Below are positions 51,705 through 64,000 of a stretch of DNA of 64,000 bases, one piece after another (within the stretch, counting starts at the first letter, position 1; each line of letters begins with the position of its first letter). The stretch lies in NCBI RefSeq assembly GCF_001194135.2, contig NC_068992.1, positions 56,409,407 through 56,473,406 of the forward strand, given 5' to 3'. Made by a program: the position numbers and the translations under genes. This stretch comes from Octopus bimaculoides (Eukaryota). The notes beneath the pieces were generated by a model, which was not told where the DNA came from, made no database searches, and saw nothing but the letters and a program-made list of their open reading frames with translations.

Positions 51705-51719
51705 TATTATTATTATTAT
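51480..51719. repeat. Compound microsatellite (TTG)n(AAT)n(ACT)n(AAT)n(TTA)n
   Basis: Directly visible. Confidence 0.95.
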
Positions 51720-51792
51720 CACAGCTTATTTTACTGGGTATGACGTAAAGTGTCAGCTGTTCACAACCAGCAGACTAAGGTGATACTTGTTT
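51720..51792 (-). mobile_element. Ultra-short Dong/R4 3' UTR insertion in (TAA)n
   Basis: TGTCAGCTGTTCACAACCAGCAGACTAAGGT resembles TGTCAGCTGTTCACTACCAGTGAATTAAGGT at 49383-49413. Flanked on both sides by (TTA)n. Confidence 0.7.
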
Positions 51793-52045
51793 ATTTATTA
51801 TTATTATTATCGCCTAGCTGGAGGTGTGTTTTTGGAGTGCTGTAAGTTTATGTGTAATTCACTTGTTTTAAAACGTTCTATACTATATTTTGTTGGTTAA
51901 ATGGTTTTGAAAGACAGCTGCCCTTCTGGGGGGCGGGGGTGACGTTTGTTAAGCAAAGCCCCATTTTGGGTGAGATACAAACCGTTTTGTTTTCAAATTT
52001 CTTCAAAAAAATTTGCTTCCAAGAAGGTAAACATTGAAGACGGCG

Positions 52046-52848
52046 ATGAAAAGCGGGAGTGAGGAAGGAAGGCAGTACGGCTGTTTGCACGAGGACTTCC
52101 CCGTCCTCCCCACCATGATTGGCAGTAGATAGTAGAAAGAAAAGAAGGAAGAGGACGTGAAGAGTCAAGAAAAGAAGAAAGAAGATGAAAAGCAGAAAGA
52201 AAGTGAGAGGAAGGAAGGAATAAAGTCTCCCTCACTACATGGAAGTCGTTGTAGCAAGCAAAACACTACTGAAAGCAGCTAATACTTCCATCCTGCTGCC
52301 TCTAACCCTTTCTCGTCCTTCCACGTGACCGTTGTCCAGCCAGCCATGATCTTTCTTTCTTGGTCTGACTGCTGACCGCCAACACCTCTTATGTCCATCT
52401 CCTATGTTCCTACCTTTAGGCTTTCACTTCATACACGCCAGCTCAATTTGATTCGTTCTCAGCCACAACACGATAAATATGAAGACGACCTAAATTTTTC
52501 TGTAAAGAATCGTAACCAAAGACCTTTGCAAATATCACGGCAAATAAGTAATTGGTTAACATCCCACTGGAGAACAAAATAGAAAAACTAAACAAGGCAT
52601 AAAATATATGAAAATGAATGGAAGCGACCTACTGGAAGCAACAGCCGAACGGACAGTTGTCTACAAGTTCGAGAACACAAAGACAAGAAAACTCGAAAAT
52701 GCTACACGCGACCAGGTGGAAAAAGCCTTGAAAGACATATGGCAGGATATCCACCTCATTGCGAAAGCGAGGCATACGGAAGAGTAGAGATCCTTTTTAA
52801 GACTGAGGAGCAGGCGATACAGAACTCAGTGACCACGCGTCGCACGCG
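52046..52848 (+). mobile_element. Probable Tx1/L1 ORF1 5' remnant, interrupted by a 243-bp insert
   Basis: MKSGSEEGRQYGCLHEDFPVLPT, then an E/K-rich tract, TTESS | insert | TFANITANK...PLENKIEKLNK...GSDLLEATAERTVVYKF...YGRVEILFKTEEQA. It has the low-complexity plus RRM-like layout of a LINE ORF1. Family assignment is from memory. Confidence 0.5.
52279..52521 (+). repeat. 243-bp direct repeat, copy 1
   Basis: Identical to 54256-54498 except for 3 substitutions (GTTG/GGTG, TAGG/TAAG, TTCA/TTTA). Confidence 0.97.
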
Positions 52849-53346
52849 TCGTACGAACGTAGGATTTTACTTGAAACTTTATTTCTTTTCCTCATCTACT
52901 CATCTTTACGACACGCAATTATTTATTCGACGTTGCCTACATATTTTATATGCAATAGTCGTACATTAAAACGATTAGAGCATTACATTTTTGACGTGCT
53001 TGTTCACGTAGCCAAAAATCTAAGATGTGCACTGGATGATATGGATCATGAAAATATTCAAGTTAAAAGAAAAAATTACATAAATAAAAAAAAAGTCCGT
53101 AAATAGAAATGACCAAACCAAACCAAACCAAACACAGTAATATAGCAGAATTAAAGATGGAATTAGTAAAAAAAAGAAACAACAGGCTTGCTGAAAATGG
53201 AATAAAATTCTTATGACGAGAATAAGCAGTTGAACAAATGTATATTCTTCATAATTTCGCCTAAAACACTTTTGCTTCATTGCACCAAATGACACTGTGA
53301 TAAGTACACCGAAGTGAGATATCATTATCTCAGATATGTTTCAAAC

Positions 53347-53449
<103 letters not shown>

Positions 53450-54255
53450 ATAACTGCTACATACAGTTAGCTACGTTCAAGTCGATATAAGAGAAATGAA
53501 GTAAATTATCGCTGTAAATTCTATACAAAAAACCCCAAAAGGGACAAGTGAATATTATTAGAATTAATGGTAATGTATTTTCATTTATTTTGTAGTATGT
53601 TGTCAGTGTTTTTTTTAAAATTCAAATATCATTGCTGACATTCGTAAATATATAACAGTAAGTGTAAAGAAAATTGCTGTTAAAGTATTAAGGTGTCAAC
53701 GTGTATGACATTTAAACAAGATTATATAGACAGAGAAATAGAAACTCACAAGGGTTAGAAATTATGAATATCTATTATATATAACATAGATATGTGTACG
53801 CACACACACACACTTACACACACATATGAACATACACAAATACACACATAGGTATAAATATAGGTTTCAAGCATTCATTTGCTCAAACTTATATATATAT
53901 ATATATATATATATTTCTTATACATATTTGTATGCGTGTATGTATGTTTGTTGTGAGTGTATGTGTTAATGCACGTGTACTTACATTTTACTACATACTT
54001 ATACAATAATACACACGTCCACGCATATATTTACATACCATGTATATATGCATATATATGCACGCACGTGTGTATGCATATATATTTGTATAAACGTGTG
54101 TATTGCATATAAAAATATAAATTTTAACTTTCTTCCTCTTTTCTTTTTCTCGCTCCCCCTCTCTCTTACATTTCTTGGCCCTCTCTTTCTTTAAATCACA
54201 CTTTTCCTCCTCCTTTATCTCTCCTGTACCTTTGCCTTTGTCTCTGATTTTTTTT

Positions 54256-54498
54256 CTAATACTTCCATCCTGCTGCCTCTAACCCTTTCTCGTCCTTCCA
54301 CGTGACCGGTGTCCAGCCAGCCATGATCTTTCTTTCTTGGTCTGACTGCTGACCGCCAACACCTCTTATGTCCATCTCCTATGTTCCTACCTTTAAGCTT
54401 TCACTTTATACACGCCAGCTCAATTTGATTCGTTCTCAGCCACAACACGATAAATATGAAGACGACCTAAATTTTTCTGTAAAGAATCGTAACCAAAG
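54256..54498 (+). repeat. 243-bp direct repeat, copy 2
   Basis: See copy 1. On the minus strand it continues into an E/K-rich, purine-rich tract down to about 54125. Confidence 0.97.
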
Positions 54499-54881
54499 TC
54501 AGTTCATAACTTATCTGAAATCGTTCATCTTTGCTTAAATATGTTAGAATTGCATAGCATTCTGATTATCTGAGAATTACTTAGGAGCTCGTCACATCAA
54601 ACAAATTTTAGAACGCATCAAGAATGTAAATAACCCGTATATGTTAATATTCAATGAAAATAAACTTCCTGATGTCGTCGGATATGAAAGACTGTATGAC
54701 TTCAGCTCTGTATTAAAAATCTTCAATAATAAAGTGTGCATACGAAATAAATGAGACAAGTTAAGAACAGGGAGATGTGTCGGAGATCATTCAACGTGTG
54801 AGTGTGTGAAGAGGTTATTTTCATTAATGATATCTGTTGAGAACAAAAGACCTAAATTACCCAAGATTGCCTAAATTGAAA

Positions 54882-54924
<43 letters not shown>

Positions 54925-55699
54925 NNNNNNNNNNNNNNNNNNNNNNNNNNNNNNNNNNNNNNNNNNNNNNNNNNNNNNNNNNNNNNNNNNNNNNNNNNNN
55001 NNNNNNNNNNNNNNNNNNNNNNNNNNNNNNNNNNNNNNNNNNNNNNNNNNNNNNNNNNNNNNNNNNNNNNNNNNNNNNNNNNNNNNNNNNNNNNNNNNNN
55101 NNNNNNNNNNNNNNNNNNNNNNNNNNNNNNNNNNNNNNNNNNNNNNNNNNNNNNNNNNNNNNNNNNNNNNNNNNNNNNNNNNNNNNNNNNNNNNNNNNNN
55201 NNNNNNNNNNNNNNNNNNNNNNNNNNNNNNNNNNNNNNNNNNNNNNNNNNNNNNNNNNNNNNNNNNNNNNNNNNNNNNNNNNNNNNNNNNNNNNNNNNNN
55301 NNNNNNNNNNNNNNNNNNNNNNNNNNNNNNNNNNNNNNNNNNNNNNNNNNNNNNNNNNNNNNNNNNNNNNNNNNNNNNNNNNNNNNNNNNNNNNNNNNNN
55401 NNNNNNNNNNNNNNNNNNNNNNNNNNNNNNNNNNNNNNNNNNNNNNNNNNNNNNNNNNNNNNNNNNNNNNNNNNNNNNNNNNNNNNNNNNNNNNNNNNNN
55501 NNNNNNNNNNNNNNNNNNNNNNNNNNNNNNNNNNNNNNNNNNNNNNNNNNNNNNNNNNNNNNNNNNNNNNNNNNNNNNNNNNNNNNNNNNNNNNNNNNNN
55601 NNNNNNNNNNNNNNNNNNNNNNNNNNNNNNNNNNNNNNNNNNNNNNNNNNNNNNNNNNNNNNNNNNNNNNNNNNNNNNNNNNNNNNNNNNNNNNNNNNN

Positions 55700-55734
<35 letters not shown>

Positions 55735-56089
55735 AATGACTGCTTTTATTTTCGGTTGTATTGAGCTATGTACTGTGACAACGAAAAGGCTGCAAAGAGC
55801 ATTATGTATGAGTATTAGACAAAAATAATGTAGATGTTGCCCAGACATAACGTTGCACCAATTAGAGCCATATCTAATAGATTATGGAAACAACCAGTAA
55901 ATCACGAGATTTTCTACTAGTCACCTAAGAGTTGTTATACTTCATACAGCAAACATTGCAAAGGTTATTAGAGACGGTAATGTGACGAGAAAATGACAAT
56001 GTTATTCAATGAATAACAAATATATAATCTAGAGAGTAATGGATAAAATAACTGAAATATTTTGCTCGTATTTGAGTGACGCTGTCGAT

Positions 56090-56320
56090 CGTAGAGAAGA
56101 GAATAAGAAGGACAAGAGGATGAAGGAACGAACGAAAAAGTAAAGAAAGCGAAAAGAAGAGAAGAAATGAAGGGAGGGGGAAATTTTGGAAAGAAGATGA
56201 AAACAGTGGAAGAAGACGATTGAACAAGACGCAGAAGAAGAGAGGACGACGAAGGAGAGTAAGAATAAGAGGAAAAGAAGGAGAATTAGAAAAATAGAAG
56301 AAGAAGAAGAAGAAGAAGAA
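56090..56320. repeat. Purine-rich low-complexity tract ending in (GAA)n
   Basis: Nearly all G/A; no recognisable motif. Confidence 0.8.
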
Positions 56321-56815
56321 TTACAAATTTTTTTTGCTTTTAGCCCAATAAAATTTTTTTTGCGTGCGTGTGCATGGGTGCGGGGTTGTTGTGTGCGTGT
56401 GAGTGTGGGTGTGTATGCGTGTATATATATGCATATGTACATATATGTATAGTTTTTGGCGAGTATGTGATTGAGCCTGTGTGTATTTAAAGCGAGGGTG
56501 GTTTAGTATATACATATAGGCGAATGTACGGATTGGTGCGCTTACGCGAACCTATAGACTTCTCTACTCCCTTACTTTTACCCCCTCCCCTTATTCAGCG
56601 GTCTATTAGCTCTTTTGTCTTAATGACGGTCAACCACACAATAATTTCCCTTTGTTTAATGGTCATTTTTCACAAGAATTTTCAATGGCCGGATAACTGA
56701 AGAAATGGTGGTGTGGGTTCCCACCCTGGCATCCGNNNNNNNNNNTATATATGCATATATATACATACATTATGCATCTCTCTCCATCTCTCTCACTTTC
56801 TCTCTCTCTCTCCCC

Positions 56816-56853
<38 letters not shown>

Positions 56854-58450
56854 GTATGTATGTGTGCGTGTGTCTCTGTGTGTTTGTTTTATTTTATGCC
56901 CAATTATAATAAAAACAATAATGTGGTGGGTTACTCTATACTTTTGCAGAGCACGGATCTAATCTGATACAAAAGTGTTGTTGACAGTGACTTCGAAGTC
57001 TCGAGTTGCTAAGCCATTGTTGACGAAGTCTTAACTGGCCGAAACTTCGAAGTCACCACTAACAACATTCTCGTATAAGAATAATATATATATATATATA
57101 TATATACACGTTGAAAATGTAGGTCTGTGGATGTACGTTTAAACCGTACATTTATAAGCATGCATATGCACACGTACACACGCATATATATTTATATGCA
57201 AATGTCCATATGTGTGTGTATTTGTATGTGTGTGTATGCTTGTATGTTCGATCAAACAGAAATCCAGTGTTGAAACCAAGTAGTTGGGCATTATGTATCT
57301 AGGATAGCAGCATACATGGAAGATGTGTTTCATTATTCCCGAACCATATTGCTGGCATGCATATAAGTGTATATCACAGGATGATGTGGGATCTAGATAT
57401 TTAATTTAAGACCCGCTTTTAAATTGTTTTTGAGTTTACTGAGTAGTATGGAAGTATTGTTTTTGGTGTAGTTGATTTTGCCGTTGTTTAGCTTCGAATG
57501 ATTCTGACCTGGCAGACGATTTATAAAATATCTTTTATGAAATGCCTTTCACCCATTATCATCTGTATCGTAATTTTCACGCATAATATAGCTACTACAA
57601 GTTTAAACAATTGGCTGTTGTTTTGAAAGATAGAGATTGTAGCTTAAATTATATTTAAGTGCTATTTCTCGCAGATCGTGTGACGTCTACGGCTTGACAA
57701 ATGAGTCTAAACCCAATTCGTGGTAAGTAATTGCAAATTGTGGTGTTACAAGAAATGACAACGGCGGCCGTTGCATATTCACTTACTGTCCACTTTTCAC
57801 CAAACCAATGGTTTATATCGATCGAAATGTAATGCATTCTTGGCATCAATGTTTATAATCCAGCATCAAATAGAATATGTTTGCTAAACATTTCCTTGAA
57901 AAAAAAAAATTAAAACAAGCAATAATACCCGAGAATCTGAAAATCAATGTTTGAAAGGTTTACATACAGAATGGTTTGCCTGTGTTAATAATATTTTCTT
58001 GTATGAAGAACATAAGAACAAATGCATACTACTAAAAGGATGACAAGATGAATATATTCTTGACTTTTGTAATGGCGTTTACCTTTGTGCATACAGTAAT
58101 AAGAACGCATGCGCAAGTAGCGCATATTTCGAAGTGAGTATTCATGTCGCCTGAACGTATAAATTGCACCCACGTTCGTGTATTAAACATTGGTCAGTGT
58201 TTACTTCTGATAAATATATTATCCCATGAGATGAACAGCAGTCCTTGCCTGTCAACTCCATTCAATAAGTTTGTTAGTTTGTCAGAAAATTTATCATTTG
58301 CGTTTCTTTAAGGGAAGCTGCATGTACATAAGATAAGCAACACTTGCATTCGAGTGTACATTTAGAATTTCAGAAATAGTTTATCATCTACTTGATGGTG
58401 CAAGACTAAATTTTCGAAAGTAATCGACAAATGTAAGCAACAGAATTTTA

Positions 58451-58998
58451 CAGGGTGTCCACAAAGCCTGTTGACAATTTCAAATAGTCATTACGAAAAA
58501 CTAAGAAGAGGGAGAAACGAAACTTTTTAGCGGTATTAATAGTTTATCAATGCTACATTTTATGTCTTATACCGCAATTAATCTTGTATTAATGTGTCAG
58601 ATAATGACTACACCACAGGAAAATGGCACAATATGTGACTTGGTTTATCGAAAGAAAGTCGGATATTCAAGCACAAATAAATTATACAGCTAAATATGGA
58701 AAACAAGCTCCGGCATGTCAGTCGATACGCAGCTGGCATAAGCAGTTTATGGTAACGGAGTCGGTGTTACATAAACCGAGAACTGGAGAGCGAAGAACAT
58801 CAGAAGATACGGACAGCATCCGTCAGTCATTTCAACGGTCCCCATATGAGTCCATCTGTACTGATTCCACTCAACTGCATCTATCGCCATCACCAATTCA
58901 TTGAAGCCTTATGCATATAAAATTCAATTCTTGTCACCAATTAAGGTAAATGATAAACCACGATGAAAAACATTTGTCGTTACCCTCCTGAAAAATAA
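58451..58998 (+). mobile_element. Tc1/mariner-superfamily element (DUF4817-type HTH), 5' part
   Basis: TA followed by CAGGGTGTCCACAAAG (TIR-like start). ATG at 58604 reads MTTPQE-KAQYVTWFIERKSDIQAQ...IRSWHKQFM.T.SVL...RTS...IRQSFQRSP, then YAYKIQ...NDKPR. Frameshifted. Confidence 0.8.
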
Positions 58999-59007
58999 GT
59001 ATATATA

Positions 59008-59043
<36 letters not shown>

Positions 59044-59949
59044 TTATATACTTATATATATATGCATACAGATATATATATATACATATATATGTATATA
59101 CGTGTGTTTGTGTGTGTATGTAGGTGTGTGTGTGTGTGGAGTGTGGGTGTGTTTATGTACATACATGCATACATACATACATAGATACATACATACATAA
59201 ATACATACATACATGCAAGCATACTGACATAGATATATACATTCACACGCATAGCAAAAGCTATTCACGACAATAATGCAAGAAAAAATAAACTTGAAAA
59301 TAAAATATACCAATCCAAATTTGTTAACAATAAATAAAAAACCAGAACTTTTATATATCATTTAAATGATAATGGAATTTCTGAACTCCACTGTATACTG
59401 TTTCAATTAATTAGCTTTATCAATGCTCAACATGTTTCTATGTTAAAATCCTGTTCGCTTACTTTGTCTGTATTTTTCTAGCTCTGTCTCTCTGTCTTTC
59501 TTTCTCTTATAAAATATTATGCTTCGTTGCTAGCATATTTCATCGGAGCTGCAATGTATTTCAATGAATTAAAACTGGTCCCAAATAAAAAGCGGGTCAT
59601 CCTAGGGGCGTGATTCTAATTTTAATTCCCGCTTCATTGCCTCCTTCTCTTTAAAATTAATTTTTATTAATTTAAGTTCTACGATCCAGTCAGCTAAGTA
59701 TTTTAGCATCGATTTTACTACTTCCGCCCAAACAAAAACGTAGCATGTTGAATTGTGAAGCGGTAAAGCATTCATATGTACAACGCAAGGACAATAGAAG
59801 CTTGATTTGCACCGTTCAACTACATTATAAAACAACGCAGGCCAGTTTTTGTTCAAAGAGACCTGTAACTTCATGCATGATTGTATTGCATAACCACGTA
59901 GCTTATTAATACTGGTATTGTATAACCAGGTATATTATTATTATTACTA

Positions 59950-60160
59950 CAAGTTGGTAGACTCATTAGCAATCCGGACAAAATGCTTAGCAGCATTTTT
60001 GCAGAGTTTTCGATGTGAGTTCAAATTCAACCGAGGTCGACTTTGCTTTTCATCCTTTCGGGGTCGATAAAACAAGTACTAGCTGAGTATCGGTGATCGA
60101 TGTGATCAACTACTCCCCTTCCCTCAAATAACAGGCTTTGTGCCTAAATTTGAAAGAGTA
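59950..60160 (+). mobile_element. SINE family B
   Basis: Follows (TTA)n; GAGTTCAAATTC..CCGAGGTCGACTTTGCTTTTCATCCTTTCGGGGTCGATAAAA...GCTTTGTGCCTAAATTTGAAA. Confidence 0.85.
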
Positions 60161-60227
60161 TTATTGAAATGATTGTTCTTTTCTTAAACTTAAAACATTA
60201 AAAAACTGGGGTTTTCTAAATCTTTTC

Positions 60228-60433
60228 TACTCTAGGAACAAAGCCTGAATTTTTTTGGGAGGGGGCCAGTCGATAAGATCGATCCTAGTATGCAACTGGT
60301 ATTTAATTTATCGACCCCGTAAGGATGAAAGACAAAGTCGACCTCGGTGGAATTTGAACTCAGAACATAGAGACAGACGAAATACCACTAAGCATTTCGT
60401 TCAGCGTGTTAACGTTTCTGGCAGCTCACCGCT
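60228..60433 (-). mobile_element. SINE family B, full length, inverted relative to the previous copy
   Basis: TTTATCGACCCCG.AAGGATGAAAGACAAAGTCGACCTCGGTGGAATTTGAACTCAGAAC...AACGTTTCTGGCAGCTCACCGC. Confidence 0.88.
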
Positions 60434-62162
60434 TTGAGGTTTTCTAAATAATACGACCATGAATATATAACTCTTTGCTTGTAGAAAGCATTCTCATAAG
60501 TTTGCGCTATATGTCCATGCTCGTTTCCAGAATTTTAGTTAGATCTTATTTCATTCGTTCCGGGTAATATAAAGCTTTCCTTTCAAAAGCCCAAGTTACA
60601 CTGAAAGTTGAAAACAATTAGGAACATGTTTAGTATACGAGGTGGTATCAAAANNNNNNNNNNNNNNNNNNNNNNNNNNNNNNNNNNNNNNNNNNNNNNN
60701 NNNNNNNNNNNNNNNNNNNNNNNNNNNNNNNNNNNNNNNNNNNNNNNNNNNNNNNNNNNNNNNNNNNNNNNNNNNNNNNNNNNNNNNNNNNNNNNNNNNN
60801 NNNNNNNNNNNNNNNNNNNNNNNNNNNNNNNNNNNNNNNNNNNNNNNNNNNNNNNNNNNNNNNNNNNNNNNNNNNNNNNNNNNNNNNNNNNNNNNNNNNN
60901 NNNNNNNNNNNNNNNNNNNNNNNNNNNNNNNNNNNNNNNNNNNNNNNNNNNNNNNNNNNNNNNNNNNNNNNNNNNNNNNNNNNNNNNNNNNNNNNNNNNN
61001 NNNNNNNNNNNNNNNNNNNNNNNNNNNNNNNNNNNNNNNNNNNNNNNNNNNNNNNNNNNNNNNNNNNNNNNNNNNNNNNNNNNNNNNNNNNNNNNNNNNN
61101 NNNNNNNNNNNNNNNNNNNNNNNNNNNNNNNNNNNNNNNNNNNNNNNNNNNNNNNNNNNNNNNNNNNNNNNNNNNNNNNNNNNNNNNNNNNNNNNNNNNN
61201 NNNNNNNNNNNNNNNNNNNNNNNNNNNNNNNNNNNNNNNNNNNNNNNNNNACACACACACACACACACAACTTCGACATTTCGGCTAATTAACCTTCGTT
61301 GAATTGTCCGACAAAAGGCTAGATGGCCGAAATTGTGAAGTCTCTATCACTCCACTTCTAAAAATATATAAAACAACGTACTCTTCAATAGGTATTGACT
61401 AACTCTTCAGTTTACTAACAATCACCTTTATTATAACTCGATATAAAAGCAAACATTAAAAGATGTGTAATGTTTGCGTATGTATGTCAGTGTAATCAGA
61501 TAGACATAGTTTTGAGTGTACGATTTTTTTCTAATCAGTATTGATACATTATTTATTTAACATGTTAGAATAATGAAACTTGATATATGCAAGGGAAAAC
61601 GCTCCAAATAAATGGCGTCGCACACAGCATTATTGTATAAATAATTACCCTAAAGTATTTTAACGCCATGCAAGATTTGTATTACGTTTGACATTCGATG
61701 GCATTTTTCACACACATGGTGTGATATGCATATTTTTAGTTTGAAAATAAGTTGATTAAATCTATTTCATAATATCCGGAAAAAGAATATATGTGTTGCG
61801 GCTTCCATAGCTGTACACGAACACTAAGATACACACACGCGTGCACACTCAAATATTCGCAAACACATTATATAATATATTAGTTAAATATGATTGCTGT
61901 TCCATTAATTAAATTGTATTCTGCCTAAGACAACTACCAGGTAAGCATTCATTGTAGAATTTTTATTAAAAACAAATCACCTCAAATTTTCTCTCAAGAA
62001 TGTATTGAGGGCGTGAGACTTAAAGTTATGAAACAATAATTTGTAAATGACACATGATTTGTACTCGAACTCTTCTAATTAATAATTACTACTAATTTTT
62101 GTCATGAAAATATAACGTAAATTATTAGGTAGAGTAGAATAGTTAGTGGGCTGTTATGTAGA

Positions 62163-62223
62163 TGTATGTATGTATGTATGTATGTATGTATGTATGTATG
62201 TATGTATGTATGTATGTATGTAT
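62163..62223. repeat. (GTAT)n microsatellite
   Basis: Pure tetranucleotide run. Confidence 0.95.
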
Positions 62224-62330
62224 GCATGTATGTGTGTGGGTGTATGTATGTATGCATGTATGTGTGTGGGTGTATGTATATACATATGTATATATATATG
62301 TAGATAGATGTATGTATGTGTGTGTGGGTG

Positions 62331-62366
<36 letters not shown>

Positions 62367-62461
62367 AACACACATATGCGCACACGCAAACGCACACACA
62401 CGCACACACACACACATACACTCACACATAGTTCTTGACATACTAACAACATATAACGTTA

Positions 62462-62679
62462 AGGCGACGAGCTGGCCGAATCGTCAGCACACCGGGCAAA
62501 CTGCTTAGCGGCATTTCGTGTGTCTTTACGTTCTGAGTTCAAATTCCAGCGAGGTCAACCTTGCCTTTCGTCCTTTCGGGTTCGATAAAATAAGTACCAG
62601 TTGAGTAATGGAGTCGATATAATCGACTTGCCCCATCCCCAGAAACTACTGGCCTTGTGCTAAAATCTGAAATCAAATA
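62462..62679 (+). mobile_element. SINE family B, full length
   Basis: AGGCGACGAGCTGGCCGAATCGTCAGCAC...GAGTTCAAATTCC...TAAGTACCAGTTGAG...GGCCTTGTGCTAAAATCTGAAA. Confidence 0.9.
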
Positions 62680-64000
62680 TGTAACGTAACATCGATAAAT
62701 ATCGCCACGATAATGACATCGGCTTTTCAGAGCTTATTGTGGAAATGAGTTCTCTATTAAAACAGCTCCTCTTTTCCGGCAGATGTTGACTTACAAATAT
62801 CCAGGATAAACATGAATGGCATCACCTGCGAAAGTTATATGCTTTAATACTACCTTCATGTCGAGCAAGGAGGAAGTAAAAAAGCGCCTGTTTCTGTAGA
62901 TCTTCCTATAAATTCCGGCTTAAACCATTTCTGTGTTATACTCATCCACGTATACTTATTTGTCAGTCACGGCAAATGTAATATAACCATAGCATTGCAG
63001 TTTTCACAAACTCATTAGACTTTCGACCAACATCGATAACCATGAGATTGAAAAAGTAAGAACAAAAACAAAGAAGGAAAGAAACAATCATAATAACGTT
63101 GCATGTAAAATATATAAAAGCGATAGAACTGTCTATACACAGTTGTCGTTACTGAATTTATGAACCAATAACCCTGCGGTGATGATGATGTTAACAATAG
63201 TAATAGCAATAGGTTTTTGTATGCCTTCGGAAATGTCAGATTTATTGTCCTTTCAGAGAAGAAATAGATTAAAGAAAAAAATAAAAGAAAAGAAAAAAAA
63301 AAGTAAAACATTCATGACAGAAAAACAGAATAAATCCCAGTTATAGTAGAAATGGCATGAGTTCCTCTTAGATTTGAATGCGGTAAAGCTTGAAATTGCA
63401 AACAATTTCAGCATACATGCAATTCCGCTAAAAGACAATCGTGTTGCGTTAATCACAAATGACATGGTGACAATTGTACTGAATGAACTTATTTTAGACA
63501 TTGTTTACGAATGGAATATACGGAATAAGTAGAGAACACAGTTGACCGAATCGACTTGACAAAATTAAATCCTTCTGTTATCATTTTCCCGTTGAAATAA
63601 ACTGTATTTGTTCCAGGGAATTTTGAAAATAATGCAGGATTTAATAATACTTCTTTGTCGTTATCAAGTTGGCGTATGGAACGTAAATAAATGCGAAATA
63701 TTGATAGAAGAGTTTATCCATTTTGTTATTGTATTTTGTTACCATGTTTCTGCATTCATTTCAATTAATTTTGAAAATAATGCAGGATTTAGTAATAAAA
63801 CATTGCTATCGTTAAGCTGCTGTACGGATCATAAATTAATACGAAATTTTGAATATAATTGAGATAATTTTAAAACAAGAAATATGTGTGACGGGAACAG
63901 GAACGGTCTCAGGCAGGTTGATATGTACGGTTTTAATGTCATCAGATGCTTTTGTTGTTGCTGGTGGTGTGGGTGTTGCAGAGACATTTAATTTTCTGCT

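Noticed and set aside
59602-59874. 90-aa non-repetitive minus-strand ORF; similar short frames at 5200-5435 and 63345-63530
   Set aside because: No recognisable domain, splice structure or partner exons.

Overview
AT-rich, repeat-saturated eukaryotic DNA from a fragmented short-read assembly. There are about 23 N-gaps totalling roughly 8 kb, most of them abutting (TA)n/(CA)n/(GA)n microsatellites. The two dominant tRNA-derived SINE families resemble, from memory, those described in Octopus, so a cephalopod origin is inferred but not database-verified. No host protein-coding gene can be supported: nearly all entries in the ORF track are microsatellite or N-gap artefacts, and the rest are decayed transposon frames. 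The window is a transposon graveyard. It contains SINE family A (CORE/OR-like) and SINE family B, plus non-LTR retrotransposon remnants of four kinds: R4/Dong with a restriction-like endonuclease, Tx1/L1, CR1-like, and Penelope-like GIY-YIG. It also holds several Tc1/mariner remnants and MITEs and a probable Helentron-type element. The most interesting signals are: (1) a set of minimal type-I hammerhead ribozyme motifs in short dispersed repeats, mostly with an extra nucleotide between A9 and G10.1 and a palindromic stem III, and one family with a shared A6U core variant; (2) three Dong/R4 remnants all ending in (TAA)n; (3) a CR1 3' end sharing its tail with SINE A; (4) a 243-bp, 98.8%-identical local templated duplication interrupting a Tx1 ORF1; (5) a fold-back mariner; and (6) isolated hairpins, one of pre-miRNA size.
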